Origin: Bacillota bacterium
GTDB taxonomy: Bacteria > Bacillota > Clostridia > Christensenellales > UBA1242
NCBI GenBank assembly: GCA_009784185.1
Contig: WRCD01000001.1
Coordinates: 193,698 to 257,697, forward strand
Length of the DNA: 64,000 bases
Direction: 5' to 3'
Shown in pieces: positions 63,634 to 64,000 of this stretch. The first letter of the stretch is position 1. Each line of letters begins with the position of its first letter. The notes under the pieces are model-generated. The model searched no databases and had not been told where the DNA came from. It saw only the letters and a list, made by a program, of their open reading frames with translations. Both the position numbers and the translations under genes were made by a program.

Positions 63634-64000
63634 ATGTTTGGTTATGTGGTTCCTAACTACAATGATATAAGTTTATGGGATTATGCTGTTTTACGCGGGC
63701 ATTATTGCGGATTGTGTCTGGCTATAAAGCGTGAGTTTGGTAATATTCCGCGCTTAACCATAAACTACGACTTTGCTTTTGTAAGCGTTTTTTTGCATGC
63801 AGTAACAAAAACAACTTTCACTTTTGATACCATGCGCTGTATTGGCAACGGATTTTGCAAAAAGGACTATGTGCCCGCAACGCCGCTGCTTAACAGAATT
63901 GCCAGTGCAAATGTGATTTTTGCCTATCACAGAGCCATGGATAATGTGCTGGATAACCACAGCGGGAAGGCTAAGCTGGCCAGAAGGCTGTTAAGAAAAG
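63634..64000 (+). CDS. DUF5685-like protein, N-terminal part (runs off the window end)
   Basis: MFGYVVPNYNDISLWDYAVLRGHYCGLCLAIKREFGNIPRL..YDFAF matches my recollection of the conserved N-terminus MFGYV.P......Y..YYCGLC of this clostridial family. Open to the window end. Confidence 0.6.
   Translation, partial: MFGYVVPNYNDISLWDYAVLRGHYCGLCLAIKREFGNIPRLTINYDFAFVSVFLHAVTKTTFTFDTMRCIGNGFCKKDYVPATPLLNRIASANVIFAYHRAMDNVLDNHSGKAKLARRLLRK

Noticed and set aside
1-64000. tRNA, rRNA, tmRNA, group I/II introns, retron or DGR components, defence systems
   Set aside because: Scanning the intergenic regions by eye showed no cloverleaf-like or rRNA-like sequence. No reverse transcriptase, Cas, restriction-modification, toxin-antitoxin or nuclease-NTPase pairs were recognised among the ORFs. 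A tRNAscan, Infernal or DefenseFinder run would be needed to be certain.

Overview
All calls were made by eye from the sequence and the ORF track; no homology, HMM, tRNA or RNA-folding searches were run.

This is a chromosomal window from a Bacillota (Firmicutes), Clostridia-like bacterium. That placement is inferred from addAB, spoVG, DUF1540, zinc-type S14 and rpsD sitting inside the alpha operon.

Conserved content, in order:
- the 3' end of tuf
- rpmG-secE-nusG-rplK-rplA
- rplJ-rplL, preceded by an L10-leader-like 5' UTR
- rplI
- addB-addA
- a complete, uninterrupted S10-spc-alpha block (rpsJ to rplQ, 32.2-48.8 kb)
- pgi, spoVG, murC, rpmE-prmC-prfA, an AI-2E permease, trpS, and the start of a DUF5685-like gene

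Between these blocks sit about 15 lineage-specific ORFs that I cannot assign to any family.

The non-coding DNA of the first 27.5 kb is saturated with three families of small structured repeats:
- an AATTCCCCT..AGGGGTG..GGGGTG multi-hairpin, REP-like family
- palindromic elements with heptamer-repeat arms, (AACAGGT)n or (CAAATAT)n
- a GTCATTGCGAG..CGAAGCAATC family

I saw no tRNA, rRNA, CRISPR array, transposase, integrase, or recognisable defence or toxin system.

Most unusual items:
1. An orphan two-gene operon (27.5-31.9 kb) directly upstream of the S10 operon. It encodes a 1200-aa, internally duplicated, HTH-like-repeat protein.
2. Two copies of a promoter cassette with G9 and G11 tracts in the -35/-10 spacer, a candidate for phase variation.
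3. A REP-like element inserted in frame in an SPFH/zinc-ribbon gene.
4. Lys/Ala/Pro-rich extensions on many ribosomal proteins.
5. Two giant Ig-like envelope proteins flanking pgi.
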